NCBI GenBank assembly: GCA_037190965.1
Contig: JBBCKI010000029.1
Coordinates: 96,001 to 160,000, forward strand
From: Chthoniobacteraceae bacterium
GTDB taxonomy: Bacteria; Verrucomicrobiota; Verrucomicrobiia; Chthoniobacterales; Chthoniobacteraceae
Reading direction: 5' to 3'
DNA length: 64,000 nt
Shown here: positions 19,352 to 29,490 of the stretch, piece by piece
Position numbering within the stretch: the stretch's first letter is position 1
Layout of the letters: every line of letters begins with the position of its first letter
The notes under the pieces: model-generated
The model's input: the letters and a program-made list of their open reading frames with translations, nothing else
What the model was told of the DNA's origin: nothing
The model's database searches: none
Made by a program: the position numbers and the translations under genes

Positions 19352-20530
19352 ATGGAGCGGAGAAACCAGTCTGGAGTCAGGTTAACGGTAGGCACCACCT
19401 GCGGCGATATCATCGGGGGCGATCATATCGCCATCCAGGCCGCAATCAACGAGGTCGCGCGGCTGGGGGGCGGAAAAGTCACGCTCCTCCCCGGCACCTA
19501 CGTGCTTCGCAACTCGGTCAAACTCTTCACAGGAGTCACTCTTGAGGGAACAGGCCCCCAATGCATTCTCCGGAAAAGCAATGGGTGGTTCTCCCTCTTG
19601 GTGGAAGACGCGGATTGGTATGAACTAGCCATCAGGGTCTCCGATGCCTCCCGCGTTAAGCCGCTCGACGGCATCTGCCTTACCAGCACGGAGGAGGGCG
19701 GCACCTCCCCCTGTGCCATCTCCCTGCACACTGTTTTGGGAGTGGACGGCGATACCCTCAGGTTGGATCGCTACCCTCGGGAAAACCACTGGGTTAGCCT
19801 CGGAGCCACTGTCCATGGGATTCACCCGCTGCTCGAAGCGAAAGATGCCAGCGAGATCACCATTGCCAATCTTCGCCTCGAAGGAAACCGGAGAGAGAAC
19901 GGACGATTGAATGGAAACCACGGCGCAGCGGTTTGTTTGACGGATTGCCGTAGCTCAAGGATCGAAAATCTTGAGATCGAAGACTTCAACGGCGATGGCA
20001 TCAGCTGGCAGACTAGTCACGACATCGTGGTGGCGAACTGCCGCATCAAGGGAGTCGCTGGCGTCGGCCTGCACCCCGGCAGTGGCTCAATGCGCCCGCA
20101 GATCGAGTTCAATACCGTGGAAGATGCCGAAGTTGGCCTCTTTTGGTGCTGGGGTGTCCGTCATGGCACCGCGCGGGAGAACTTCATCCGCCGCTGCTGG
20201 CGTCATGGGATCAGCATCGGTCATCGTGACACCGACAACGCCATCCTTGGGAACAGGATCGAATCGTGCGGTCAATCCGCCATCTTCTTCCGGCCCGGTT
20301 ATGGCCCGTCCACGACTGCACACCGTTGCCGGGTTATCGGGAACACGATCCGTTGCGCGGAGGAACACCCGGAAACCACGGGCGTAGACGTCTGTGCAGG
20401 CGTCGAAGACGTCAAAGTCAATGACAACGTCATCCACATCGCCGCGCCGTACAGGGCGTGCGCCCTCAATATTTCCGGGGAAGCGATCCGCCCTCAAGTC
20501 GAGGGGAACGCTATCCTGCCGCTGGATTAA
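19352..20530 (+). CDS. Right-handed parallel beta-helix (pectate lyase-like) protein
   Basis: AIQAAINEVARLGGGKVTLLPGTY followed by PbH1-like repeats (GDGIS, GLHPGSGS, GISIG). Confidence 0.85.
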   Translation: MERRNQSGVRLTVGTTCGDIIGGDHIAIQAAINEVARLGGGKVTLLPGTYVLRNSVKLFTGVTLEGTGPQCILRKSNGWFSLLVEDADWYELAIRVSDASRVKPLDGICLTSTEEGGTSPCAISLHTVLGVDGDTLRLDRYPRENHWVSLGATVHGIHPLLEAKDASEITIANLRLEGNRRENGRLNGNHGAAVCLTDCRSSRIENLEIEDFNGDGISWQTSHDIVVANCRIKGVAGVGLHPGSGSMRPQIEFNTVEDAEVGLFWCWGVRHGTARENFIRRCWRHGISIGHRDTDNAILGNRIESCGQSAIFFRPGYGPSTTAHRCRVIGNTIRCAEEHPETTGVDVCAGVEDVKVNDNVIHIAAPYRACALNISGEAIRPQVEGNAILPLD

Positions 20531-20541
20531 GTCGACAAGCA

Positions 20542-21927
20542 ATGAAAGCCTCAAGAGATTGGAACGTCGGCTTCTCCAGGCGGGAGATCACGCCGAAAGA
20601 GTCTGCCTGGCTCGCCGGATTCGCCTCCCGCATCCGCCCCAGCGAGAAAGTCGGGCAGCCTATTTACGTCAAGGCCATGGTGATCGCCGACGAGAAGACC
20701 GGCCCCGCTGTGCTCGTATCCGCAGACCTGCTCGGGTTTTCATCGTCCGTCTCGGAAACGATCCTCCACGCCGTCTCCCGCCAGCTCGAGATCGACAAGG
20801 ATCGCGTCCTCCTGACGGCAACTCATACCCACAGTGCCCCGGTGATCGACGGGGTGGCTCCGCTCATCTATAATTTCGATGCCTGCCAACAAGCCGCAGT
20901 CGGGGATTACACCCGGTTTGTGATCGATAGCACGGTCGCCGCCATCAAGGATGCCGTCGCGGACCTCCGCCCTTCGCGGATCGAGTACGGTCAGGCCTTT
21001 GCTGGCTTCGGCGTCAATCGGCGACGCGTCCGACCCGGCTGTCTGCACCTCCCGGCTGCCGTCGATCACGATGTCCCCGTCCTCGCCATCCGGGAAAAAG
21101 ACGGTCGCCTTCGAGGTCTCGTTTTCGGTTATGCTTGCCACGCCACCGTTCTCGGAGGGTACGAAATCAGCGGGGATTACGCGGGCTACGCTCAAACGGA
21201 GCTGGAGAAGAACCACCCCGGTTGCACGGCTCTCTTCGTTCCCGGTTGCGGGGGCGATATCAATGCGCTCCCTCGCGGATCAGTGGAATGCGCCGCACGC
21301 TACGGCACGCTTCTGGCCACAGCGGTTAACGATGCTCTCGGGGGAGCCATAATCGCTTTGGAGGAAGATCTCGTCATCCGGCGCACCCGCGCCGAACTTG
21401 CCTATGCTTCGGAGCCGTCTTTGGCGCAACTGGAGGAAGAACTAAGCCGTTCCGGCTCCACGGAGAAATGGTTGCTGCATCAAACAACCCTCGTCCCGCC
21501 CAAGCAACGCCTGCCCCGGGATGAAGCGCTGAAGGTCGCCACGCTTCTCGCAGAAAACGAACGAAAGATGATCCGTCATCAAATCGAGCAAAGGCGCGGG
21601 GAGCAACAGCTTCACTCCTGTTCCCTGGCATTGTATAGTTGGTGCTTCGGAAACCAGCTCACTTGGCTTCATATCGGCGGCGAACCGGTGGTCGATTACT
21701 CGCTCTATTTAAAGGAACGCTATGGGTGGGGACGAACGTGGGTGTCCGGATATTGTTACGATCTGACAACCTACATCCCCTCCCTGCGCGTCCTGACGGA
21801 GGGCGACTATGAAGGCATCGACGCCGTGCGACCGTTTGGGCATCCTGCTCCCTTTGACACTTCCGTGGAACGCAGCGTGCTCGAAAGTATTGAATCCCTC
21901 ATTCGCGGAACACCGAGCTGGCCATGA
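20542..21927 (+). CDS. Neutral/alkaline ceramidase-superfamily amidohydrolase (second paralog)
   Basis: GFSRREITP, WLAGFASR, ATHTHSAP, VNRR, YACHAT, GCGGDIN, GEPVVDY. Confidence 0.85.
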   Translation: MKASRDWNVGFSRREITPKESAWLAGFASRIRPSEKVGQPIYVKAMVIADEKTGPAVLVSADLLGFSSSVSETILHAVSRQLEIDKDRVLLTATHTHSAPVIDGVAPLIYNFDACQQAAVGDYTRFVIDSTVAAIKDAVADLRPSRIEYGQAFAGFGVNRRRVRPGCLHLPAAVDHDVPVLAIREKDGRLRGLVFGYACHATVLGGYEISGDYAGYAQTELEKNHPGCTALFVPGCGGDINALPRGSVECAARYGTLLATAVNDALGGAIIALEEDLVIRRTRAELAYASEPSLAQLEEELSRSGSTEKWLLHQTTLVPPKQRLPRDEALKVATLLAENERKMIRHQIEQRRGEQQLHSCSLALYSWCFGNQLTWLHIGGEPVVDYSLYLKERYGWGRTWVSGYCYDLTTYIPSLRVLTEGDYEGIDAVRPFGHPAPFDTSVERSVLESIESLIRGTPSWP

Positions 21928-23966
21928 CTAACGTTCCTTCCTTCGAAAAGTGGATCTGGACCGAACTCCTCGCGTTCGACCTCGACGCGCCCGATCTAGG
22001 CGTCTCGGCTTACCTGAAAGCCACGAATTTCGTTCCCGAGGGGATCTGCCTCTTAATTTCATCGCCCGACATCATCCTGCAACACGAGGGCCTCGAAATC
22101 GACGCGGAACTCCCTGCGGATTTCTGTTCAAGGAATGGCCATGCAGGCAACGAGGTCCGGAACAGGCAGGCCTGGACACGCTATCGGCTTCGGAACTTGA
22201 TCAAGAACCTTCAGCAAGCCGGTTCCAAAGTCTATCTCTCCACTTTCACTGAGTATCTCGAAGACCGGTTCCATCGCGAGTGGTTAAGCGATCACCCCGA
22301 GTGCCTGGTGACATGGGCCTCCCACGGAAGAAGGGAAGCCCTCTTCGTCCTGGCGAGGATGGCTGACGGTAGTTATCTGCGCGACACGTTTGCAAAGCAA
22401 CTTGTCCGTGTCTGCCTGGACTACGGGTTCGACGGCTGGCACGGGCCGGACGGCAACGGGCCCGACGCGCCGATTTTCATCAGCGGTTGCTCCGATGACA
22501 TGATCGAAAGGTTTGTCCAAAGCGGCCAGACCGATCTGCCCCGATTGGTCACCGCTCCCGCCGGAGATTCGCCCGAAGCTCTGACAAAACGGCTGGACTG
22601 GATATGGACACATCGGCGGCATGAATGGATCACCTTCTGGGGAGATTCGTGGGCCGAGTTCTGGAAAACCGTGTCAGACGCCCTCCATGCCATAGGTCGG
22701 AAGACGATGATCAACTCGGCATGGACTCGCGATCCTTTCGAAGCGCTCTATCGCTACGGCATCGACTACCGCAAGATCGTGGACGCCGGAGTTGACGCGA
22801 TCATGGTCGAAACCGCAGCCGGCGGGATTCTGTTAGGCAGCGAGGATCGTAACTACCATTACGACTACCTCGCCATGCTCATGCACATGAGGGCATACGT
22901 TCCTGATGGGAAGATTCTCTTCCTGCACATGGTCAAGGACGTCGTCGAGAACTGGGACCAGTTGCGGCATTCCCCTCCCATGCTCGAACGGGAAATTTAT
23001 GCCCTCAGCAACGCCTGGCACGTGAGCCGGGATGGAGGACCGACCCGGGCGGCAAACGGGTTGTTGGTTTGCCTGGGCGACGGGATCGCCCCGGACGAGT
23101 GGACTTGGCTCGCGGAACGCTGGACGCTCGCCCAAAAGTTTGCTCCCGTTGAAGTGCTCGGCGCGACGATCGTCTGCTCCGACTCGCTGCTTTTTGGTCA
23201 TTTGAAGGCGTTCCCTGAAACGCGGGAGCCCTCCAGCCATTGGCTAACCTATCGATTGCTTGAGCGGAACGCCCCCATTCACGCCACGGTGAATCTAAAG
23301 GACCAGGGGGCCGTTGCAGGACCGTTAGTCGTCTTCAATCCTCATCTGCTAACCCCCTTGGAAAGCGCCATGATTTTGGATGGAGGGCACGAGATCATTG
23401 CCATTGGCCCCAAATCTATCGATTGGGGGCTTCCAGATCTGGAGATCCTTGATCAGGGCGAAGGGCGGTCCTTCTTCTGCCGCGTCTACAACTCCTATAA
23501 CTCCGCCATGGATCTTGGTTGTTTGAACGACGAGTGGCCATCAGTAACGCCCACCGCGCCGGTCGATCATTCAATGGGGATCAAGGAACCGGTGAGGTTT
23601 CGGGAGGAACTCTATTTCTCCCGGCCATCCGAAACCTTTCTCCAAAGATGCGCTGAACTGATCCGAAGCCTTGACGGCTCATTTTCCGTCGAGGGCGAAG
23701 CCCCGGGGAACCTCACCGCCAAGCCGCCTCTCGAAGTCCGCGTTATGATCGTCAAGCTTGGCCCCGGCTCTTACAGGATCTCTGTTGAGAATAGCGCAAA
23801 AGTCTACGCCCGGCCCAGGATCAAACTCCGGCGTCCCCTGCGATCGGCAAGCATTGAGAGCGCTTTTCCAATCACCCGGCTGGAAGCCTGCCGGGATGCC
23901 ATCGCCCTCGTTATCCCACCCATGGGGGTCGTGGTGGCCGACGTCACCACCGACGGAGATCTATAA
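21924..23966 (+). CDS. Hypothetical protein, possible glycoside-hydrolase-like TIM barrel
   Basis: 680-aa ORF coupled to the upstream gene by ATGA; WLSDHPE and DYGFDGWHGPDG resemble GH-like barrel motifs. Confidence 0.6.
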   Translation: MTNVPSFEKWIWTELLAFDLDAPDLGVSAYLKATNFVPEGICLLISSPDIILQHEGLEIDAELPADFCSRNGHAGNEVRNRQAWTRYRLRNLIKNLQQAGSKVYLSTFTEYLEDRFHREWLSDHPECLVTWASHGRREALFVLARMADGSYLRDTFAKQLVRVCLDYGFDGWHGPDGNGPDAPIFISGCSDDMIERFVQSGQTDLPRLVTAPAGDSPEALTKRLDWIWTHRRHEWITFWGDSWAEFWKTVSDALHAIGRKTMINSAWTRDPFEALYRYGIDYRKIVDAGVDAIMVETAAGGILLGSEDRNYHYDYLAMLMHMRAYVPDGKILFLHMVKDVVENWDQLRHSPPMLEREIYALSNAWHVSRDGGPTRAANGLLVCLGDGIAPDEWTWLAERWTLAQKFAPVEVLGATIVCSDSLLFGHLKAFPETREPSSHWLTYRLLERNAPIHATVNLKDQGAVAGPLVVFNPHLLTPLESAMILDGGHEIIAIGPKSIDWGLPDLEILDQGEGRSFFCRVYNSYNSAMDLGCLNDEWPSVTPTAPVDHSMGIKEPVRFREELYFSRPSETFLQRCAELIRSLDGSFSVEGEAPGNLTAKPPLEVRVMIVKLGPGSYRISVENSAKVYARPRIKLRRPLRSASIESAFPITRLEACRDAIALVIPPMGVVVADVTTDGDL

Positions 23967-23999
23967 GCTTCGACGCACCTCCGTCGTCTCTAACCTGCT

Positions 24000-24887
24000 A
24001 TGAATCCATCTACGAATCATTTCGCGAATGCCCCTCTTCTGCTGCACATCAACTACTTTGAGCAAGGCCAATCCCTGACGGAGGCCTGCCGGATCACTCG
24101 CGAATTGGGGGCCGACGGCCTTGAGTTCCGCAGCCTCGCCGCAGGGTTTAAGGGGACGCGCATGGAATATCTCGACGAGATTGCCCGTGCGCTGGATCGC
24201 CATCCTCTTTCAGTGATTAGTTTCGGCGGGCCCGGCCCCAACCTGATGACGGGGGACACCGCCTCTCAAGACAAGAGTCTCGATGAAATGGAGCTGTTCT
24301 ATCGCGAGGCGCACCGGCGCTTCCCTCTCACCGTCCTCAATGTCTTCGCCGGTAACCTCCTCAACGCGGACCCCGCCGTCGCTTACCTCGACTTCAAGAA
24401 ACACGGTTCTTTCATCGCCACCGAGGAGCAATGGACCAATGCCGCCAGGGGCTACGGACGCTTGGGCAGAATGGCTGGGGAACTCGGGTTGCGCCTGGCC
24501 TTCGAGACCCATGGAGCCTACCTCCACGACACCCTGGAAGCGACACTCCGGCTCGTCCGAGCCATCGATTGCCCGAACGTCGGTCTCCTCTGGGATCAGG
24601 TTAACCTTGAGGTCATTAGGGGCGCGCCCGGTTTCGCCGAGGCGATCGCCGCAGCCGGAGATCGCCTCTTCTACGTGCACCTCAAGAATCTTCTCGTTCC
24701 TCCCGAGCAGTTCCTGGCAATGAGCGATCTCGGCGGCGGTATTCTCAATATCCGCGACCAACTCGCCTGTCTGAAACGCGCCTGCTATGGAGGGCCGATT
24801 TGCCTGGAATCACCTCGGGCGGGTGACCGCGTCTCGTTTGCTCAGGCCGACCTGCACTATTTACGGCAAGTGATTGGGGAGCTTTAA
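24000..24887 (+). CDS. Sugar-phosphate isomerase/epimerase (xylose isomerase-like TIM barrel)
   Basis: GADGLE, LAFETH, LLWDQVN, YVHLKN, YGGPICLE. Confidence 0.88.
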   Translation: MNPSTNHFANAPLLLHINYFEQGQSLTEACRITRELGADGLEFRSLAAGFKGTRMEYLDEIARALDRHPLSVISFGGPGPNLMTGDTASQDKSLDEMELFYREAHRRFPLTVLNVFAGNLLNADPAVAYLDFKKHGSFIATEEQWTNAARGYGRLGRMAGELGLRLAFETHGAYLHDTLEATLRLVRAIDCPNVGLLWDQVNLEVIRGAPGFAEAIAAAGDRLFYVHLKNLLVPPEQFLAMSDLGGGILNIRDQLACLKRACYGGPICLESPRAGDRVSFAQADLHYLRQVIGEL

Positions 24888-24961
24888 CAAAGCGCCTTTT
24901 AGAACCGTTTTATCCTCACTCGTTTAGCTCAATCGTTGAAATTCATTGATTCATTTTTCTT

Positions 24962-26248
24962 ATGACGCAGATTCTGGACAGAACGTCGGCTGGGGGCAGG
25001 TTTCCTTCAGATCACTATACAAAGCCAAGCATCGGGCTCGGATCTCTCCTGATTGGAGCCGAGGAAGAGGCCATGGTGGTCGAAACGGTGCGTAGCGGCC
25101 GCTTGTTTCGTTATGCCTATGATCTGGAACCGGCGGAGCAGGGTAAAATGACCGCTGCATTGGAGCGTGAGTGGCGGGAACTGATGGGGGTCGGCTATGC
25201 GCTTTGCGTCACCAGTGGCACTGCCGCGTTGGAGGTTGCTCTCGGGGCCATGGGTCTTGGGCCGGGAGACGAAGTGATTGTTCCTGCCTGGAGTTGGGTG
25301 TCCTGTTTTACCTCGATCGTTAGAATAGGCGCGAAGCCGGTATTGGCTGAGGTAGACTCATCGTTGTGCCTTGCGCCTGGCGAGATTCGGCGGCTGTGCA
25401 CCGCCCGTACAAAAGCGGTGATAGTGGTGCATTATCAGGGAGTTTCCGCCGATATGGATCTCCTTCTGGCCGAGGCGAAGGAAATGGGCATCCGGGTGCT
25501 GGAGGATTGTGCGGAAGCCTGTGGCGCGATGTATCGCGGCAAACGCGTCGGCTCGATGGGTGACATGGCGATCTATAGTCTGCAGAATTCAAAAACCATC
25601 ACGAGCGGGGAGGGGGGAATGGTGGTCACTAAGGATCCTGATCTCTATGTTCGGGCGGTTCGTATGCATGACATCGGCCTCTTTCGCCCTCATCATTCCC
25701 AGTTTGCGAATCCCGCGGACGATGCGTTCTGTGGAGGGCAATATCGGATGGGCGAGATCACCGCGGCGGTCGCTTTGGCCCAGCTAAAGAAGTTGGATCA
25801 TATTCGAAATCACTGTCGCGCCCTGGGCGAGCGGGTCCTCCGTCGGATCGGAGCGCTCCCGGGGTTGGAATTCAGGCATATCCCCGATCCTCGGGGAGAC
25901 TCAGGAATCGAAATCTACTTCTTTGTTGAATCGTCCGAACTGGCCGTAAAGTTTTGCGGGCAGTTGGACGCGCTTAAGGTCAATTGCACGAAGATGACGG
26001 GCACTGCCTGTCACTACCGCCGACCCTATTGTGTCAATCGGGCCGCCCATTCGCCGGCATCTTCTCCGTTCCGGGAGGAGCGGGATTGGCCTGCGAAGGG
26101 GTATCGCCCGGAAGACTTTCCAATGACGGAGAATCTTGTGAACCGCTTTATTGCTTTACCCATGGGAGCTCTATATACCGTGGCGGATGCGGATCATATC
26201 GCCGATAGCGTGATCGCGGTGCATCAGAACCTTTGCTTTGGAAGCTGA
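24962..26248 (+). CDS. DegT/DnrJ/EryC1/StrS aminotransferase
   Basis: TSGTAAL, GPGDEVIVP, EDCAEA, YSLQNSKTITSGEGG (PLP lysine). Confidence 0.93.
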   Translation: MTQILDRTSAGGRFPSDHYTKPSIGLGSLLIGAEEEAMVVETVRSGRLFRYAYDLEPAEQGKMTAALEREWRELMGVGYALCVTSGTAALEVALGAMGLGPGDEVIVPAWSWVSCFTSIVRIGAKPVLAEVDSSLCLAPGEIRRLCTARTKAVIVVHYQGVSADMDLLLAEAKEMGIRVLEDCAEACGAMYRGKRVGSMGDMAIYSLQNSKTITSGEGGMVVTKDPDLYVRAVRMHDIGLFRPHHSQFANPADDAFCGGQYRMGEITAAVALAQLKKLDHIRNHCRALGERVLRRIGALPGLEFRHIPDPRGDSGIEIYFFVESSELAVKFCGQLDALKVNCTKMTGTACHYRRPYCVNRAAHSPASSPFREERDWPAKGYRPEDFPMTENLVNRFIALPMGALYTVADADHIADSVIAVHQNLCFGS

Positions 26249-26294
26249 CAGAAAAATAGTGATTTCTCCACAACGTCAACGCTAACTCATTCCT

Positions 26295-27158
26295 TTGACG
26301 ATTCCCCATCCAACTCAAAAGACCTGGCAAAACGTCCTCGCATCTCTGCACTGGGGTGAAGATGTCATATGGAAGGATCCGCCATCCGGTTATTTTGAGT
26401 GGATGGCGGAAAACGCGCACCGGCATGAGTATGCCGAAGTCGTTGTGTCTTTATCGGGATCGCACTTTTACGGAATCGACGGAAATGCCATCCAGCTGTC
26501 CCCGGGCTCCACGGCGTTGATTCCCAGAGGGGTTCCCCACGATTCGTGGTACTCGGAGTACCATCCTGAATGCATTGATTTTTGGCTTCATTTCCTTCCG
26601 CACGGAGTGGTCTTGATGAACTTCATCTATCATCAACCGGCAAGCGGCCCGGTGCCTGTGCAGATTCCTCAATTGCCGGTGGCCTTGCAGGATGACTTTC
26701 GAAGGGTCTGCCTCCTTTTGAATGATCACGTCTCCTCCAGACAAAAGGCCCGCCATTTTGTGACCTATCTTTTGCACGAGCTTTTCGAGTCATTGATGGA
26801 GAGCGATTTTCGGAACGACAACCCGGATGAACGGTCGGTGATCGAGGAGGTCAAACGATACGCGATGGATCACCTCACCGATCGCCTTACCCTCCCGGAC
26901 CTTGCAAAAGCCGCAGGCTACAGCCCGTTTCACTTTCACCGCTTATTCCTTGAGGCGGAAGGAGTCACTCCCCGCGCCTTTGTCGAATCCCAGCGCTTGA
27001 AGCAGGCCTGCGAACTCTTGAGGAAAGGACAATCCACCACTTCTGTCGCGTTGGACGTTGGCTTCGCCACACCGTCTCAGTTCAGCAAGGTCTTCAAGAA
27101 GCAGTTTAAGATGTCTCCCACTGAATGGCTCAAGACGGCGAAGGGATCAGCGCGCTAG
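26295..27158 (+). CDS. AraC-family transcriptional regulator with cupin sensor
   Basis: HRHEYAE...PH cupin; LAKAAGYSPFHFHRLF and VGFATPSQFSKVFKKQFKMSP. Confidence 0.92.
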   Translation: MTIPHPTQKTWQNVLASLHWGEDVIWKDPPSGYFEWMAENAHRHEYAEVVVSLSGSHFYGIDGNAIQLSPGSTALIPRGVPHDSWYSEYHPECIDFWLHFLPHGVVLMNFIYHQPASGPVPVQIPQLPVALQDDFRRVCLLLNDHVSSRQKARHFVTYLLHELFESLMESDFRNDNPDERSVIEEVKRYAMDHLTDRLTLPDLAKAAGYSPFHFHRLFLEAEGVTPRAFVESQRLKQACELLRKGQSTTSVALDVGFATPSQFSKVFKKQFKMSPTEWLKTAKGSAR

Positions 27159-27916
27159 GAAAGATGGTTTGACCGAAGATAGTCGTGGCTGATCTTGAGG
27201 CTCTCCAAGGGATCGCCCGGGCAGGTATCCTGCTCCACGACAAACCATCTGCACCCCGATGCGGCGGCAGCGGGGATGATCTGGTTCCAATCCAGATTTC
27301 CCTTGCCGACCTCCATCATCGTCGGCGTCCCGGCGATATTGCCGTAATCCTTCATATGAAGAATCGGGAGACGGTCCTTGAGGCGGGCGCACCATTGGGC
27401 AGGGGTGCCTCCTCCGTGTTGCACCCAGTAAGTATCCAGCTCCAGGCTCAGGCTGGCGGGATCGGTGGAATCCAGAATGTGCTCCAGCACCGTTGTCTTT
27501 CCAAAGCGGACAAACTCCAGCGAATGATGATGATAGCAAAGTGTCTTTCCCGCAGCTCGAAAAACCTCACTGGCCGCAACCAGCTTTTGTACCAGTCGGC
27601 GAACATCGTCCGCGTTGCACAGATCGAATCCTGCCGGATAGGAATAGACAGCAAGGTCGCAGCCGATGACGTTCAGCTTTTCCACCACGCCCTCCGGGGC
27701 GTCCAGAACGGCCCCGTCATGAATTGAGCAAATGGTTAGCCCCTCGTCCGTCGTCATCTTTAGGAGTTCATGCGGGGGAATCGGGCAGATTCCTGCGACC
27801 TCCACTGCGCAATAGCCGATCGTACGGATTTTCTCGAGGGTTGCCCTCGTCGCCGCCGGCGTCTTGCACAGGCTTCGGACCGTATAGAGCTGCGTGGCAA
27901 GTTGATGGTCTTTCAT
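27155..27916 (-). CDS. Sugar-phosphate isomerase/epimerase (IolE-like TIM barrel)
   Basis: QLYTVR, YHHHSLEF, ELDTYW, LHMKD, EVGKGNLDW, VVEQD. Confidence 0.9.
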   Translation of the reverse strand: MKDHQLATQLYTVRSLCKTPAATRATLEKIRTIGYCAVEVAGICPIPPHELLKMTTDEGLTICSIHDGAVLDAPEGVVEKLNVIGCDLAVYSYPAGFDLCNADDVRRLVQKLVAASEVFRAAGKTLCYHHHSLEFVRFGKTTVLEHILDSTDPASLSLELDTYWVQHGGGTPAQWCARLKDRLPILHMKDYGNIAGTPTMMEVGKGNLDWNQIIPAAAASGCRWFVVEQDTCPGDPLESLKISHDYLRSNHLS

Positions 27917-28689
27917 TGCTTCTGGGGTTCAAGAATTGAAAAAGCTTCGTTCAGGGCGGTGGTCGCATCCCCGGTCGGCGAAAACTCATGCCCGACAAAT
28001 TCGGAGAAGCCGGTTTCCCGAATCGCGGCACCGATCGCCGCATAGTTGAGTTCCTGCCCTTTGCCGATTTCATGACGCCCCGGATTCCCCGCGGTATGGA
28101 AATGCCCGATCCATTCGATGTTCTCCCGGATCGTCCGGATCACGTCACCTTCCATGATCTGCATATGATAAATATCGTAAAGCAAGCGAAGGCGCGGGCT
28201 TCCAACCCTCCGGCAAACTTCCACTCCCCATGCCGTATGGTCAGCCAGGTAACCGGGGTGGTCCACCTTGCTGTTGAGCAATTCCATGAGCAGCGTGACC
28301 TTCTTTTCTTCAGCGTAATCGGCGACCCGGCGGAAGCCTTCGACGACAGTCTCAAGCGCCTCCTCGTCGCTTTGCCCTTCCTGCCGGTTTCCGCTAAAGC
28401 AAATGATCCCGGGAACTCCATTTTTCGCCGCGACGTCAATCGATTCCCTGATCTCACGTTCCGCATCGGAATGACACTCTCTTTGGTTCAGCGGGGCACG
28501 GTGCCCCACCATCGTGCAGAGCGTCAGCCGGTGCTCTGCCGCCAACGAGACCAATGCCTCGAACTGCGCGTCGCGTCCCCAGATCTCAATCCCCCGGAAT
28601 CCCGCTTTTTCAACGGTCTTGAGGAGCTTTTGACGGTCCGGGAAGGCGGACTTGAACATGGGAAGCGATACAGATTGAAGAAAGGACAT
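27913..28689 (-). CDS. Hydroxypyruvate isomerase-family TIM-barrel protein
   Basis: MELLNSKVDHPGY, LYDIYHMQIMEGD, HFHTAGNPGRHE, ELNY, GHEF. Confidence 0.92.
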   Translation of the reverse strand: MSFLQSVSLPMFKSAFPDRQKLLKTVEKAGFRGIEIWGRDAQFEALVSLAAEHRLTLCTMVGHRAPLNQRECHSDAEREIRESIDVAAKNGVPGIICFSGNRQEGQSDEEALETVVEGFRRVADYAEEKKVTLLMELLNSKVDHPGYLADHTAWGVEVCRRVGSPRLRLLYDIYHMQIMEGDVIRTIRENIEWIGHFHTAGNPGRHEIGKGQELNYAAIGAAIRETGFSEFVGHEFSPTGDATTALNEAFSILEPQKQ

Positions 28690-28710
28690 GGGTATCGATT
28701 GGGTAAAGTG

Positions 28711-29487
28711 TTAGAGTACGAAATCAAGGCAGTCTCCCCAGCAGACAAGGTTCGGTGGGGCATCGTGGTCGCCGCCTTCCATTTCAAGATAGAGCACAGG
28801 GGCGTTTCGTTCCCGCAGTGCTTCGATCAGTTTGCGACTGTGCTCCACGGGGATTACCGCATCCGCCGTTCCGTGCACTAATACAAGCGGCAAAGTGGCC
28901 AGTTCCGCCACGTGAAGGCGGGCGGAGCGCTCCCGGTAACAGGTTGGCCTTTCCGCAGGCCCCCCGCCGTAGGATTGAAGGAATTGCTCGGGGAATGAAT
29001 CGAACATCTCCGCCACCTCCGTTGCCGGGCAGAGGGCGATCACGCCGTCCACCAGCCGAGGGTGGCGCGCGGCGAAGATCAGCGCTGAAGTTCCGCCCAT
29101 GCTTCCGCCGATCAGGAGCACCTTTCCGGGTTCCGAGTCCTTTTGGCAAAGAGCGATAATCTGCAGCAGGTCCTCTTCGGCGGCAGGCCCCATCCAGGAA
29201 CCTCCGCGATATTCCGGACAGACATAGATCGCAGATCGTCGCTGTAACGCCCGCGCCAGACGGCCAAAGGCGTCTTCGTAGATGCCTGCCGTCATTCCCT
29301 GCTCCTGATGCGACGCCGCTCCGTGAAGCCAGATGGCCAGGAGGGGGGCGTCGGCATATCCCGGTGGCCGGAAGTCTTTGATGAGAAAACTCTGCAAGCT
29401 TTCGTCAAAAGACGAGGTAAATGAGACCTGCTCGATCCCGGACGCCACCGGCTGTTCAATCACGTTTGAAGGTTCGCGCTGAGGCAT
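28711..29487 (-). CDS. Alpha/beta hydrolase (prolyl oligopeptidase-like esterase)
   Basis: WLHG, GGSMGG, VHGTADAVIP, GGDHD give a complete triad. Confidence 0.88.
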   Translation of the reverse strand: MPQREPSNVIEQPVASGIEQVSFTSSFDESLQSFLIKDFRPPGYADAPLLAIWLHGAASHQEQGMTAGIYEDAFGRLARALQRRSAIYVCPEYRGGSWMGPAAEEDLLQIIALCQKDSEPGKVLLIGGSMGGTSALIFAARHPRLVDGVIALCPATEVAEMFDSFPEQFLQSYGGGPAERPTCYRERSARLHVAELATLPLVLVHGTADAVIPVEHSRKLIEALRERNAPVLYLEMEGGDHDAPPNLVCWGDCLDFVL

Positions 29488-29490
29488 CGT

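Noticed and set aside
24900..24913. TAGAACCGTTTTAT, and GAGAATCGTTGTAA near 43070, as extra copies of the module-3 operator
   Set aside because: The right half-sites do not match TCTA (three or more mismatches); at most weak sites.
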